NCBI RefSeq assembly: GCF_963921235.1
Contig: NC_086108.1
Coordinates: 49,354,001-49,418,000, forward strand
Length of the DNA stretch: 64,000 nt
Direction of reading: 5' to 3'
From: Mobula hypostoma
Taxonomy: Eukaryota
Shown: piece by piece, positions 1 through 14,037 of the stretch
How positions within the stretch are numbered: position 1 is the first letter of the stretch
Layout: each line of letters begins with the position of its first letter
Translations under genes and position numbers: made by a program
The notes under the pieces: generated by a model
Seen by the model: the letters and a program-made list of their open reading frames with translations, nothing else
Database searches by the model: none
Told to the model about the DNA's origin: nothing

Positions 1-352
1 CCACTGCCATATATCGATGTTTGTGACAGTCTGTACTCTAATCTAATTGGTCACTTTGATGCAGCACAAGCTACGCTGAAAACGCGGTGCATGGCGGGGC
101 AACTACACTCATGTGCACTGGGCAGAAAGAACGGAACTAAAACTCCACAACCTGGAAACAATCTCTCTTTACAAACAGAGTTCAACAGCAAAAGTATTGC
201 TATATTACCATTATCCTAATTAGTATTACTTACTTTTATAACACTCACATTACAATAGTATTTGTGCATTTATTTTTGATTTTTTTCGGGATCTACTGGG
301 AAAGTCTCAAAGATCGACTGGTCGATTGTGATCAACGGGTTAGCAACCCCTA
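1..352. mobile_element. End of a non-autonomous hAT-like DNA transposon (truncated by the window edge)
   Basis: Subterminal GATCGAC/GTCGAT repeats followed by ...GGGTTAGCAACCCCTA, resembling hAT/Charlie termini; the other end is not visible. Confidence 0.45.
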
Positions 353-3350
353 TGTTAGAGCTTTCTTGTTAATGACCAACAACTGCATGCATATGTTAAC
401 AATGAAAAGAAGTCATTATTTCAAAGGGAATTTGAAAGTAATTTACGAAGTATGGAAACACTGTTCATATCCAGATGGAATAATCAATATCTACACAGCA
501 TGGCCACTCAGACAGGAAGGAAGTCGATGGCCAGTTAACCTATTTATTGGCGGCATTGATTAAGAGTGAAGTGGTTCAAATACCGAGGCAGGGGAAGCTC
601 CTAGCTTCTCCTTTCATGCTATGTGATCATTCATGTGCCCTTGACCAACCTTTGTGTCTCACTTGCAAGTCAGTTTCGCATCCAGTGCAGCATTGCCTGG
701 TTTTATAGTTTCAAGTTTTGCAACTGGAATGTGTCTCGATGGTAGTCCTGAAGATATGTTCACTATTTATATCATTTAGGGACTGTAATTTACAGTGTGT
801 GCAGCTTAACCTAATGTCAGATGTAGGATTAATTTTAGTCTTCCCTAATGCATTGGGTTTTAACCAAGCACTCTGACAGAAAGTTGTCCTTTTGCCAATT
901 CATAAGTTTCAGAATTAGTTCTGAATGGCTGTAAAAAATTTTTTTGCTACATCAGAATAGTATTTTTAAGTGATACCAATTTTCTCTGAATCTGATTTCA
1001 TATTATAGAAGCAGTACAAGTTTATCTGATAGCATTTGTCATAGATTTGCCACTGTTTATTCTTGTTAAGTTTTCCATGTGTCTTATAGTTATGACCTTT
1101 TCATAATGAATTCCAATGATAATTATAAAGGCCATTAAAATGTTTTGAACCTGCAATGTTTCAAGAGGCTTTTCTAGATAATTACAATTTTACTTCAAAT
1201 TTTCGTTCATTTTTTAACATGAATTGCACTGGTAGAATTTCAGTTCAGTCAAATTCATAGGTGCACGGTTCTATTAACAGTAAAGAGCCAACACCAGATT
1301 TTTAGGCAGGCACTCTCCTTGCAGTAATGTTAAAAGATACCAGAAGTAGATTCTTGATTGGTCTAGGGGCTATTTTCTAGGATAATCTCTGCTCTCTATG
1401 GCAGGTATGGGACCCAGAGTATGTGCTTCTGTTTTGTGAATGGTAGATTTGTTTTTTTTTAGATATATTTATGAAATGTTTCTGCCTTGCATGTTCATGG
1501 ATGAAATTAATGTGAGTCAGATGTTATACTTGGTACAAGCTATCTTCCTTCCTTTTTAAACCTTTTTATTAATTTTCAAAATTATAAACTCAATAACAAA
1601 GTTGGTACGAAGAGATTGGAATAATCTTAATTAGCATATACAAAAAGCATTTCAAGTAACATAGATATAATAAACTACCAAACATAATGAAATTAGTCAT
1701 AAAAAAGAAATAAAAAGAAAAAATATATATAAACAAAGAAAAATCCCCAAAAGAAAAAGGAAAAAAAAACAGAACAAAACAGGGCTAGACCAATATCTTG
1801 AATCAGACACGTTCAGTAATGTCGTCAACTCTGCTCCTCTAATCATATAATTTAAGTTTAAAAAAAAGATTCGGAAAGGTCAGATTACATCATACAAAAA
1901 TGTTGCATAAAAGGTTTCCAAGTTTCCAATTTAACCGAAGGGTCAAAAATATCACTTCTAATTTTTTCTAAATTTAAGCTTAATATAGTTTGAGAAAATC
2001 ATTGGAATGTAGTAGGAGGATTGGTTTCCTTCCAGTTCAATAAAATAGATGATCTGGCCATTAAAGTAACAAATGCTATCATCCGACAGGCTGAAGAAGA
2101 CAAAGATCTATGTTTTGCCATTGGCAATCCAAAAATTACCATAATAGGATGGGGTTTTAAATCAAAGCATAGAGCTGTTGAAATAATATGAAAAATATCT
2201 TTCCAATATTTTTTCCAAAAGAGGACAGGACCAAAACATATGAGTTAAAGGAGCCACCTCAGAATGACATCTATCACAGGTAGGGTTTATATGGAAATAA
2301 AAATGAACTAGTTTATCTTTGGACATACGGGCTCTGTGTACTACTTTAAATTGTATTAATGTATGTTTAGCGCACATAGAAGAAGTAATAACTAATAGAA
2401 AAATTTTAACCCATTTCTCTATAGGTAGACAGTTGAAGTTTGCTTCCCCATTCATTTTTAATTTTATCAGATATACCTGGCTGTAATTTCATAATTATAT
2501 CATAAATAATTGCTGTTAATCCCTTCTGCAAAGGATTTAAACCTAAAATTTTATCAATAATGCCAGTAGGATTTGAAGTTGGAAAGGTAAGGAACGTAGT
2601 ATTTTAAAAAATTATTATTTGTAAGTATCTAAAAAAATGGGATCTAGGCAAATCAAATTTCTTAGATAACTGCTCAAAGGACATAAAACAGTTATCCAGA
2701 AATAAATCACGAAAACATATTATACCTTTTGTTTTCCATATCAAAAAGACTTGGTCAATTACCAAGGGTTGAAAAAAAGAAATTAGGTATAATAGGACTT
2801 GATAACATAAATTCATTCAGGCCAAAAAATTTACCATATTGAAACCATATTTGCAATGTATGTTTAACTATAGGGTTAAACGTTTGTTTATTCAATTTAG
2901 ATAGAACAAAAGACAGTGAAGTTCCTAAAATGGAAGCTAAAGAAAACTTTTGTACAGAGTGGCTTTCAAGGTTTACCCTATATGGGCTTGGAGTTGTATT
3001 CCAATCTTGCGTCCAAAATATTAAATATCGAATAATAAAATATCCAATAATAAAATCTTAGGTTAGGCAATGCCAAACCACCCTCTTTCTTAGATTTCTG
3101 TAAGTATTTTTTTACTTAATCTGGGATTTTTATTTTGCCATATATAAGAGGAAATTTTAGAATCAATAGTATCAAAAAAAGATTTAGGAATAAAAATTGG
3201 TATCGTATGAAATAAATATAAAAATTTAGGTAAAATAATCATTTTAATAGCATTGATTCAGCCAATCAATAATAGAGACAATGGGGACCACTTAGTAATC
3301 AGTTGTTTAACCTGATTAATTAGTGGTAAAAGTTAAAATTGAATAGATCC

Positions 3351-4253
3351 TGTGACGAGAATACACATAAATTCAGATGTTAGCTGGCCTGGGCTGGCAC
3401 CAGTGGGATCAGCAGTTGGTCTGCCACCTGTCTTCAGGAGAAAAAGAGATAAGGAAAACAATGGAGCAGCATTTGGAGATGTTAATGAAGGGACAGGAGA
3501 GAGTAACGGAAGGAGAGCTGTCAAGATCGGCTCCCCCTTTGAACCCTGAACTGTTTGAAGTGATGGACAGGCGATACCCCAGCAGGGGGATAAAAAGGGA
3601 CAGGTTTGCTAAGGCAAGACACACACGACACCCCGAGGTAACGAGACCCTGGAAGTGGTGCGTCTCCCACAAGTCGGTGGGAAGTTTTGGAAGGTTGGTT
3701 GCGGGACCAAGCCATAGACGCACAGGGTGGAAAGGCACGATCAGCGGGAACCTGGTGTGTGTCCGCCCTTGCCTGGGTGCCAGGTTCACCGTAGAGGAAC
3801 GATCGTATCTGGAAACGGAGGGGTCACGGTCGGTGACCTCAGATGACATCACAAAGGGCTCGCCGGAAAGCTGACTGCGAAGAATGTCGAAGGTCTGTGT
3901 GGAAGCCGTTTGAATATTCATTCGTTTTGCTCTCTCTCTCCTTCCCCCCACACTGTCCATCTCCCACGGCAGCGATTACTGCGAACTGAACTGAACTAAA
4001 TTGAACTGAACTTTGCGTCACCTTGAAACTGGTCATTTACCCCTAGACAACGATAGAGCTTGATTGATCCCGTTATCTTAATTCTGTGTACATGTGTGTT
4101 TATCATTGCTGAACTGTTGCATTCATTATCCTTTTGATTAGACTACTGTGTTCCTTGTTTCTTTAATAAAACTTTCTTAGTTCTAGTAACCCAGACTCCA
4201 ACTGAGTGATCCATTCCTGCTGGTTTGGCAACCCAGTTACGGGGTACGTAACA
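3351..4253 (+). mobile_element. Solo LTR (Gypsy- or ERV-type) inserted in L1 ORF2
   Basis: TGTGACG...CGTAACA termini; 4-bp TSD ATCC (3347-3350, 4254-4257); AATAAA 4165-4170; removing it restores the L1 reading ...TKRHKD|LFNFN. Confidence 0.88.
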
Positions 4254-7200
4254 ATCCTTATGTCTCTTAGTAATTTTAACTCCTAGATAAGTAAAATAGT
4301 CAGTAGTGACTCTAAATGGAGAATTTCTATAAGTAGGAACCTGCATATTTAATGGAAAAGTTCACTCTTACCTAGGATCAGTTTATAACCAGAAAAACTA
4401 CTAAACTGAGCAAGCAAAGTTAATACTGCCGGAATAGATTTTCCTGGGTTAGAAATATATAATAGTAGATCATCTGCATATAGTGATAATTTATGAGTCT
4501 CATTTCCATGGGTAATGCCAAATATATTAGGAGAGTCATGAATGGCAATAGCTAGCGGTTCCAAAGCAATATCAAATAGTAGTGGACTAAGAGGACAACC
4601 CTGCCTAGTACCACGGAATAGATGAAAAAGAGGGGATCCTTGATTTTTAGTAAATACCGAAGCCAAAGGGGTAAGATGTATCAGTTTAATCCAAGATATA
4701 AATATCGAACTAAAATTAAATTTCTCAAGGGTGTTAAATAAATATGTCCATTCAACTCTGTCAAAAGCATCCGACGAAATAACATATTCTGGAATTTTGG
4801 GTGAAGGCGTATAAACAATATTCATTAATCTCCTAATATTAAAAAAGAGTAACGATTTTTAATAAATCCAGTCTGATCAGCAGAAATAATTTGAGGTAAT
4901 ACATTCTCCAATCTCATTGCCATTATTTTAGAAGACATCTTAGAATCCACATTCAGCAAAGATATAGGCCTATAAGATGCACATTCAGTAGGGTCCTTAT
5001 CTTTTTTAAGAATTAGGGAAATAGAAGCTCAATAAAAAGATTGTGGTAATTTACCTATAGATACTACGTCCCTAAAAACACTACATAGCCGAGGAGTCAG
5101 TGTAGTAGAGAAAAATTTTTAAAATTCTACCGTAAATCCGTCTGGGCCAGGTGCTTTACATGAGTTCATCGAAAAAATAGCGTTCTTTATTTCCTCTACT
5201 GTAATAGGTACATCTAATCTTGAACGTTCATTAGATGATAATTTTGGACTATTAAATTTCTTTAAAAATCATGCATTATAGTAGAGTCATCAGGACATTC
5301 TGATTGATATAAGGAGGTATAGAATTCTTGAAAGGATTTATTAATCTCATCCTGGTCAATTGTCAAAGTGCATACTTGTTTATGAATCTTAAGAATCTGT
5401 CGTTTAACCGAGGCCGATTTCAATTGATTAGTTAAAAGTTTCCCAGTTTTATCACCATGTATGTAAAATTGACTCTTAGTTTTGATTAATTGACTTTCAA
5501 TCGAAGATGCTAATAAGAGATTATGTTCCATTTGAAGTTCAACTCTCTGTTTATAAAGTTCCTGAGTATAGAATATTTCTTATCAGCTTCTTTAATCTTG
5601 TCAACCAGTTTTAAGTATTTCCTTATTAGTTTGCTTTTTTAGTCCAGCAGTATATGAAATAATTTGTCCACGGATATATGCTTTAAAAGTATCCTAGATT
5701 GTTGCACTGGAAATATTGTCTGTAGAATTCATTGTAAAGAAAAACTTAATCTGTTCCTCAATAAACCTAACAAAGTCTGGATATTGAAGCAAAGTGGTAT
5801 TAAATCGCCATTGTCTAGAATTAGTAAATGTATCCCTTAAGTTAATAAATAATTTCAATGTTGCATGGTCAGAAACAGCAATAGAATCATATTTGCAACC
5901 AGTAATGAGAATTAATCGAGGGTCGATTTAAAAAAAATAGTCAATTCTTGAATAGTGCTGATATACATGTGAAAAAAATGACAACTCTTTCTCATTCGGA
6001 TATAAGAATCTCCAAATTTCTGAGATTCCAGAGCCAGTCATAAAAGAGTTAATAAGTGTAGCTGATTTGCTCGGAAGTACTTGATTGAACTTGGATCTAT
6101 CCATCAAAGGATTTAAACAACAATTGAAATCACCACCCATAATCTGCATATAGTCATTTAAGTTAGGAAGAGATACGAAGAGATTCTTAAAAAAAATCAA
6201 GACAGTCAACATTTGGGGCATAAACGTTAAGCATAGCAGCTTTTTTGTTAAATAGCAAGCCAGTAATCAACAAAAATCTGCCATTAGAATCTGAAATCAT
6301 CTCATAATGCAGAATTGAAATTGATGGATCTATAAAAATAGAAACGCCTTTTACTTTAGCCTGTGAATTCGAGTGGTACTGTTGGTCCTTCCAGAATCTA
6401 AAAAAACACTGATTATCCTCTTTCTGGACATGAGTTTCTTGTACAAAAATAATATGAGCATTCATCCTATGGAATACTTTAAAAATTTTCTTCTGTTTAA
6501 TCGGGTGGTTTAAGCCATTTGTATTCCAAGAAACCAAATTAATAATCTTATCCATCGTAATGAGCTCCAGTATAAGGTATGTAAAGGGTTAACCAGGGTA
6601 CAGACTCATGACCCCGGAAGAGGAAAGAAGGTCCAAAGAGGAACCAGAAGTTACGGCATTTCAGGCATTTCGGTAGTTTCAGGTCAGCCCGTTTAAAAAG
6701 CAAAAATGAAATAAAAATAAGAACAAAAATACCACCCACCTCCCACAAAAACCCAGAAAAAAGCCAGGCAGTGGCCAATGCTAAATCTGAAGCTAATCCT
6801 AACCCCATCTTTCCAGAAGGCAACCCAAAAGATATATGTTTATCAGAAAAAGATACCACCCATATTCAGGAAAAAGTAAAAAAAATAGCTATAATAGTAA
6901 GAAACATCTTACAACGATTATAAGCATCGAATAGTTCCTTCTTATTCATATTTCAGAGAACATCAAATGTTAGCTCATATTACTATATTAATTTTTCATA
7001 TATAAATGATCGGAAGTGACGTTAGAGACAGAAAGGATTCTGGGGAGAAGAAGAAAACAATCCACCACTTAAAATATAATACTCCAGTAACATTTCAGAA
7101 AGAAAACAAGCATTAAAATTGTAACTAAATAACTTTCAAAAGGTATTAAGAGTAAGATATACAAGATCACTAACAGAAAATTATAATATCATTTAACAAT

Positions 7201-7291
7201 ATAAAGTGAACCTACACTGCAAGATCAAGGGGAAAAAAACCCTCGAACTATGCAAATCAAAGACGAGAGAGAAAACAAAGCGATACATTAA

Positions 7292-8136
7292 TTACTCCTC
7301 CGCAGAGGGAGGCAGATCATCAAGAAAACTTTGGGCTTCCATTGGATTTTTAAACAGGCTACGCGAGTTGTTCGGCATAACCACTCTCAGACTGGCTGGA
7401 AACAGTAACACTGTTTTATAGCCCTGACGATAAAGTTCTGCCATCTGTGGTTTAAAAGTCATCCGTTTTTTCAGTACATCTTGGCTGTAGTCTTCAACAA
7501 TTCTGAACTTGAATTCTCGAAATTCGATCATACCTTTCCTCCGAGCAGCTCGAATAACTCGTTCCTTATCATGGACATAATGAAACGGAATAATGCCTGG
7601 TCTCGGTCTGGTCAAATTCTCCGAATTAAAATAAAATGAATGATGTGCACGATCTAATAGTGGGGGCTCCTGCAATATATCGGAGCCAAACACATCCATT
7701 AGCAATTTGGGAAAATATTTGGTAGGATCTCCTGTCTCAGCATCTTCAGGAAAACTGATTATTTGCAAATTCTGTTGGGAGCAATTTTCAAGATCGATAG
7801 TCTTAGCTTGATAATGTTCCAATTGCTGAGTTACCAAAGTTAAACTTTTTTCAAGAGCTTCAATTTTTTTTGTCCCTTTTGTGGCCATCTTCAACTAGTT
7901 CAGAGATTCTGACTTGGTGTTGATCGATTTCACGTCTGAATATTCTTGATTCTCCTTTCATCGACTTCAACACTTCTTCAATTGCGGTGAGTCTTCGATT
8001 AACTGTATCTTCTAGAAGTTTCTTCATTAGTTCCATAGTTATCGGAGCTTCCTTCGATGTTCCAGGATCACCATTTTTTTTTCCCATTCCCGCCGGAACC
8101 TTTCCCTTCTTTAACTTCTTGTGCTCTGGTATTCAT
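7292..8136 (-). pseudogene. L1 ORF1 (frameshifted)
   Basis: Coiled-coil-like segment followed by LEN...NLQI, LDRAH, RPRP..I.F motifs typical of L1 ORF1p. Confidence 0.8.
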
Positions 8137-9897
8137 TTTCAGTAAGTAAAAGTCGTAGTTCAATGATATAAATGTGATAGAAATCGTTTAGTGTTAGGTA
8201 TAGGTAAAGTGAATAAGAGTGGTTACATGTAAGAGAGTAAAGGGTACGGAGCGACGCCAAAATACAGCACACTCCATGGGTCCCCTGCTGGAAAGTCAGT
8301 ACAAGCTATCAAAATTGGAAATAAATGCTGCACCACAATTGTTGTACCTACCTCTTATAGTTTGTAGCCAAGTCCCACTGTGAAAGTGCAGTTGAAAGTA
8401 CTGTATTTGTTCCACCTTCTTACGCAGTTCTTTTCAGATAACAACAGCATGGTGCTTTTGTTTAGAAAAAAAAGACAATATGATATTATAGAATCTTGGT
8501 CTAAACAAATTGCAGCCTATTAATCAGACTTACCATACACCAATTCCTGTTGTAATTAAAATTATTTCAACCTTCAAGTCCTGACTCCTGCATTTTTATG
8601 CCTTGACTTGTTTGTCTAAGTTTAAAATCTTTCTTCCCGGTAATTAGCATATTACCAAAACTTTTTGTGCCTATGAGAAAATTTATGTCTAATCAATGGT
8701 CGCAAAATACAAAAGGATTGAAGTGAGTACAATTTTAAAATGCTGCAATTTCAGATCTTTGAAATGAGATCATATCTCAGAAATATTCATAAGATGATTT
8801 CAGCAGCATAAGTACGTGTATGCAGAGGTAAAATGAAAATCTTATTTCCAGCGGCTTTACCGGGTCATAGCATCATATAAACAGTATATTTAATTATACA
8901 CAATTTTTGTAAGAAAAACCAGTTAATATGGTATTAAGAGTTTCCTCAATTCACAAGAACAATAATGGGCTCGAATATATTGAATAGATGCCAAGGCCAT
9001 TCTTTGCATATCTTCTTTGTCTATCATAATGACTGCATCATTTTTCCAACAGTTGAGTATATAGTGATACACCAAAGTACACGGTTTTTATAGTTGTAAG
9101 ATAGAAAGAACACATGCAGAAAGTTCCAGTAAATTGCCATTAAAATGAAAATAAACTTCAGAGATACTTATTCCATAGTTTCTTGTTGTATTAGAAAAGA
9201 TATTCATCTTTGAATTAATTTACAATATGCTTCTTTCTGTAGTTAACCAGTGTTTAAACAGACAGCAGCCAATCCAACCTATCACCTACAAGGTTAGAAT
9301 TCTTAGGTTTGTAGTCTGTAACTAAAAATGGCTTTGCAAGCAGGAGCTCCTGTAACGTACATTGTCATGACATTGCATGTAATCTTTCGCACTATCAAGG
9401 GCCATCCATGGTCCAAACACACAAGGCCACCACACTGAGAGCAAAGGATGAAGCATTCATCAATAATATAAAAGTAATTAGCATTTCATGAAAGGAACCT
9501 TTGGAGGAGCTCAACCACACATCTTTTTTTTATGTATGTGTTCTTGATTTCATCCAGTCCAGACTCATCAAATGAGAAGATTGAAAAATTAGGGGGAAAG
9601 AACACGAGCCAAGCATAAAACCAACAAGGCCTCAATCCAGAAACTAAAATACCCATTGAAGTTCTAAAATTTGGCAGTTACCAACCTTAGTCACAATTTC
9701 TTAATCCCAAGTCTGACAAAAGATGGTCATGCCAGAAAATCTTAGAGATGGCATAATCAGACCTTCTTTAAGAAGAGACAAATACAATTTCTGTATCTTA
9801 AACAACAGGAATTCTGCAGATACTGGAAATTCAAGCAACACACATCAAAGTTGCTGGTGAACGCAGCAGGCCAAGCAGCATCTATAGGAAGAGGTAC

Positions 9898-9933
9898 AGT
9901 CGACGTTTCAGGCCGAGACCCTTCATCAGGACT
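9898..9933 (-). ncRNA. Minimal type I hammerhead ribozyme motif
   Basis: AGTC-CTGATGA-AGGGTCTCGGCCT-GAAAC-GTC^GACT: CUGANGA and GAAA core, stem I AGUC/GACU, palindromic ACGU stem III. Confidence 0.75.
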
Positions 9934-10663
9934 AACTGAAGGAAAAGTTAGTAAGAGATTTGAAAGTGGGAGAGGGAGGTGGAGATCCAAAATGATAGGA
10001 GAAGACAGGAGGGAGAGGGATGGAGCCAAGAGCTGGACAAGTGATAGGCAAAGGGGATATGAGAGGATCATGGGACAGGAGGCCCAGGGAGAAAGACAAC
10101 GGGGGGGGGGGGAACCCAGAGGATGGGCAAGGGGTAGAGTCAGGGACAGAGGGAGAAAAAGGAGAGTGAGAGACAGAATGTGTGTATAAAAATAAGTAAC
10201 AGATGGGGTACGAGGGGGAGGTGGGGCATTAGCGGAAGTTAGAGAAGTGGATGTTCATGCCATCAGGTTGGAGGCTACCCAGACGGAATATAAGGTGTTG
10301 TTCCTCCAACCTGAGTGTGGCTTCATCTTTACAGTAGAGGAGGCCGTGGATAGACATGTCAGAATGGGAATGCGATGTGGAATTAAAATGTGTGGCCACT
10401 GGGAGATCCTGCTTTCTCTGGCGGACAGAGCGTAGGTGTTCACCAAAGCGGTCTCCCAGTCTGCGTCGGGTCTCGCCAATATATAGAAGGCCACATCAGG
10501 AGCACCAGACGCAGTATATCACCCGAGACGACTCACAGGTGAAGTGTCGCCTCACCTGGAAGGACTGTCTGGGGGCCCTGAATGGTGGTAAGGGGGGAAG
10601 TGTAAGGGCATGTATAGCACTTGTTTCGCTTACAAGGGTAAGAAGCCGAAACCTCTTCTGGTG

Positions 10664-13600
10664 ATGCCTACACCGAAGAAGTTTAAATCCTCTCTTCGAT
10701 GGGAGTTCAGTGAAACCATCTCTCACTGCTCCCCATCTGTAATTTCTTTGGCTCTTCAACTTTTTGACCACATTTTGACTCAGGCTCACTATCACAGCCA
10801 TATATCCTTTCTTGGAACATGCCTCTGTCACCAACTTACTCCAGTTGGCTTTAGGATTCGTTTCCGAGCCCCTCAATTTTGATCTTCTGAGGATCCCAGG
10901 TACTCACATTTTATTGACTCTGCCTCTCGTCGCTTCTCCCATCAAGCTCTGAAGGCGACCCTCTGTGCCATGAGGAGGTATTTGGTGTCCCTATCCCAGA
11001 CCCTCCACACCTTCGGGACACTTTCTTCGCCGTCTGTAATGGTCCTATCCGTTATTTCATCCTTCGTCGGATCCATGCCTGCAATCGCCATTTTTTTGAC
11101 TTTGTCATGTTAGGCAAAGATCGCAAGATCCTACATCTGCGGATCCCAGAGCCTGCCGGCCCTGAAGCTAGCAGGCATGAACTTCAGTTTGCCTCTGCCA
11201 TTGATCTCACCGGCTCCAATACCTCAGGGCATATTCAAAACCCAAACTCCAACAACGACCATGGACACCTTCAAAGCGATTGTGCAACCACCAACTGCGA
11301 CTCCAGCCTTGAACTCCAGGCTGGGTCTTTATGTGCTGCTGTTGTGACTCCTGTCTCCCCTTCCCCCACCAATACTCTGCAATCCCTTCTCCCTCAGATC
11401 CCATCGTCAGCTCCTGGGTACTCAGAGGCTCCATCTTCCTCTCACCCCAACCCTCCCCTCTCCACTGACACCCCCAGCCTCCCCTTCCCCCCTCTGATCC
11501 CAGCTCTCATCCATGCATGGTCTTTACCATCCCCTCCGACCTTCAACTGTCGGAGGCAGAACGCTCTGTACTCAGTAAGGTCCTCACCTTTGTCCCCCTT
11601 CGCCCACACCTCAGCGAGTTCCGTGTTCACCATGATGCGGAACTCTTCTTCCGCCGTCTCCGTCTCCGAGCCTACTTCTTCAGCAAGGACTCTTCCACCC
11701 CCACCGATGACCCCTTCTCCCATCTTCAACCCTCCTCTTCTTCATGGACACCTCGCTCTGGTCTTTTGCCTGCTCTGGATCTCTTTATTGCTAACTGCCG
11801 ACGGGACATCAACCATCTCGACTTCACTGCATCTTGTTCCCATTCCAACCTCACTCCTTCCGAATGCTCTGCTCTCCACTCCCTCAGCACTAATGCTAAC
11901 CTTACTATTAAACCCGCCGATAACGGTGGTGCTGTTGTAGTCTGGCGTACTGACCTCTACCTTGCTGAGGCTCGGCGACAAGTAGCGGATACCTCTTCTT
12001 ATTTACCCCTCAATCGTGACCCCACTAAGGAGCACCAGGCCATTGTCTCCCACACCATCACCGACTTTATCCGCTCAGGGGATCACCCATCCACTGCTAC
12101 CAACCTTATAGTTCCCACACCTCGCATTTCCCGTTTCTACCTCCTACCCAAGATCCACAAACCTGCCTGTCCTGGCAGACCTATTGTCTCAGCTTGCTCC
12201 TGCCCCACCGAACTCGTTTCTGCATACCTCGACACGGTTTTATCCCCCCTTGTTCAATTCCTTCCTACCTATGTTCGTGACACTTCTCACGCTCTTAAAC
12301 TTTTCGATGATTTTAAGTTCCCTGGCCCCTACCGCTTTATTTTCACCATGGATGTCCAGTCCCTATATATTTCCATCCCCCATCCGGACGGTCTCAAAGC
12401 TCTCCGCTTCTTTTTGGATTCCAAACCTAATCAGTTCCCCTCTACCACCACTCTGCTCCGTCTAGCGGAATTAGTCCTTACTCTTAATAATTTCTCCTTT
12501 GGCTCCTCCCACTTCCTCCAAACTAAAGGTGTGGCTATGGGCACCTGTATGGGTCCTAGCTGTGCCTGCCTTTTTGTTGGCTTTGTGGAACAATCTATGT
12601 TCCATACCTATTCTGGTATCTGTCCCCCATTTTTCCTTCGCTACATCGACGATTGCATTGGCGCTGCTTCCTGCACGCATGCTGAGTTTGTTGACTTCAT
12701 TAACTTTGCCTCCAACTTTCACCCTGCCCTCAAGTTTACCTGGTCCATTTCCGACACCTCCCTCCCCTTTCTAGATCTTTCTGTCTCTATCTCTGGAGAC
12801 AGCTTATCCACTGATGTCTACTATAAGCCTACTGACTCTCACAGCTATCTGGACTATTCCTCTTCTCACCCTGTCTCTTGCAAAAATGCCATACCCTTCT
12901 CGCAATTCCTCCATCTCCGCTGCATCTGCTCTCAGGATGAGGCTTTTCATTCCAGGATGAGGGAGGTGTCCTTTTTTAAAGAAAGGGGCTTCCCTTCCTC
13001 CACCATCAACTCTGCTCTCAAATGCATCTCCCCCATTTCATGCACATCTGCTCTCACTCCATCCTCCCGCCACTCCACTAGGAATAGGGTTCCCCTTGTC
13101 CTCACCTACCACCCCACCAGCCTCCGGGTCCAACATATTATTCTCCGTAACTTGCACCACCTCCAACAGGATTCCACCACTAAGCACATCTTTCCCTCCC
13201 CCCGCCCCCCGCTTTCCGCAGGGATCGCTCCCTTCGCGACTCCCTTGTCCATTCGTCCCCCCATCCCTCCCCACTGATCTCCCTCCTGGCACTTATCCGT
13301 GTAAGCAGAACAAGTGCTACACATGCCCTTACACTTCCTCCCTTACCACCATTCAGGGCCCCAGACAGTCCTTCCAGGTGAGGCAACACTTCATCAGTGA
13401 GTCGGCTGGGGTGATATACTGCATCCGGTGCTCCCGATGTGGCCTTTTATATATTGGCGAGACCCGACGCAGACTGGGAGACAGCTTTGCTGGACACCTA
13501 TGTTCTGTCCGCCAGAGAAAGCAGGATCTCCCAGTGGCCACACATTTTAATTCCACATCGCATTCCCATTCTGACATGTCTATCCACGGCCTCCTCTACT

Positions 13601-13704
13601 GTAAAGATGAAACCACACTCAGGTTGGAGGAACAACACCTTATATTCCGTCTGGGTAGCCTCCAACCTGATGGCATGAACATTGACTTCTCTAACTTCCG
13701 CTAA
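10664..13704 (+). pseudogene. PLE RT-GIY-YIG polyprotein, interrupted by a stop and frameshifts
   Basis: ATG at 10664 (MPTPKKF...HISFLGTCL...PVGF), stop at 10880-10882, RT in 11517-13277, endonuclease in another frame ending at 13704. Confidence 0.85.
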
Positions 13705-14001
13705 TGCCCCACCTCCCCCTCGTACCCCATCCGTTATTTATTTTTATACACACATTCTGTCTCTCACTCTCCTTTTTCTCCCTCTGTCCCTCTGACTATA
13801 CCCCTTGCCCATCCTCTGGGTCCCCTGCTCCCCCCTTGTCTTTCTCCCTGGGCCTCCTGTCCCATGATCTTATCATACACCCTTTGCCAATCACCTGTCC
13901 AGCTCTTGGCTCCATCCCTCCCCCTCCTGTCTTCTCCTATCATTTTGGATCTCCCCCTCCCCCTCCCACTTTCAAATCTCTTACTAACTTTTCCTTCAGT
14001 T

Positions 14002-14037
14002 AGTCCTGACGAAGGTTCTCGGCCTGAAACGTCAACT
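14002..14037 (+). ncRNA. Minimal type I hammerhead ribozyme motif
   Basis: AGTC-CTGACGA-AGGTTCTCGGCCT-GAAAC-GTC^AACT (one stem I mismatch). Confidence 0.65.

Larger units (their letters stand above)
1545..8298 (-). mobile_element. Full-length, decayed L1-clade LINE
   Basis: 12-bp TSD GTACAAGCTATC at 1533-1544 and 8299-8310; ORF1 pieces 8087-7292; ORF2 from 6555 with APE endonuclease (SWNTNG, QETH, GGDFN, SRIDYF), RT (AFDRVEW, GTRQGCPLSPLLF, LYADD) and C-terminal CCHC (CDRC...HMFWSC); AATAAA on - at 1565-1570. Confidence 0.93.

Noticed and set aside
3377..3960. Overlapping 165-aa (+) and 183-aa (-) ORFs
   Set aside because: Both lie inside the solo LTR, have no recognisable domain, and are expected by chance in GC-richer sequence
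11107..11940. 277-aa Pro/Ser-rich ORF as an independent gene
   Set aside because: Frameshifted portion of the PLE N-terminal/linker region running into an alternative frame of the RT
11517..13704. RT plus nuclease as retron, group II intron or telomerase
   Set aside because: Motifs, the C-terminal GIY-YIG domain, TSDs and multicopy state identify a Penelope-like element
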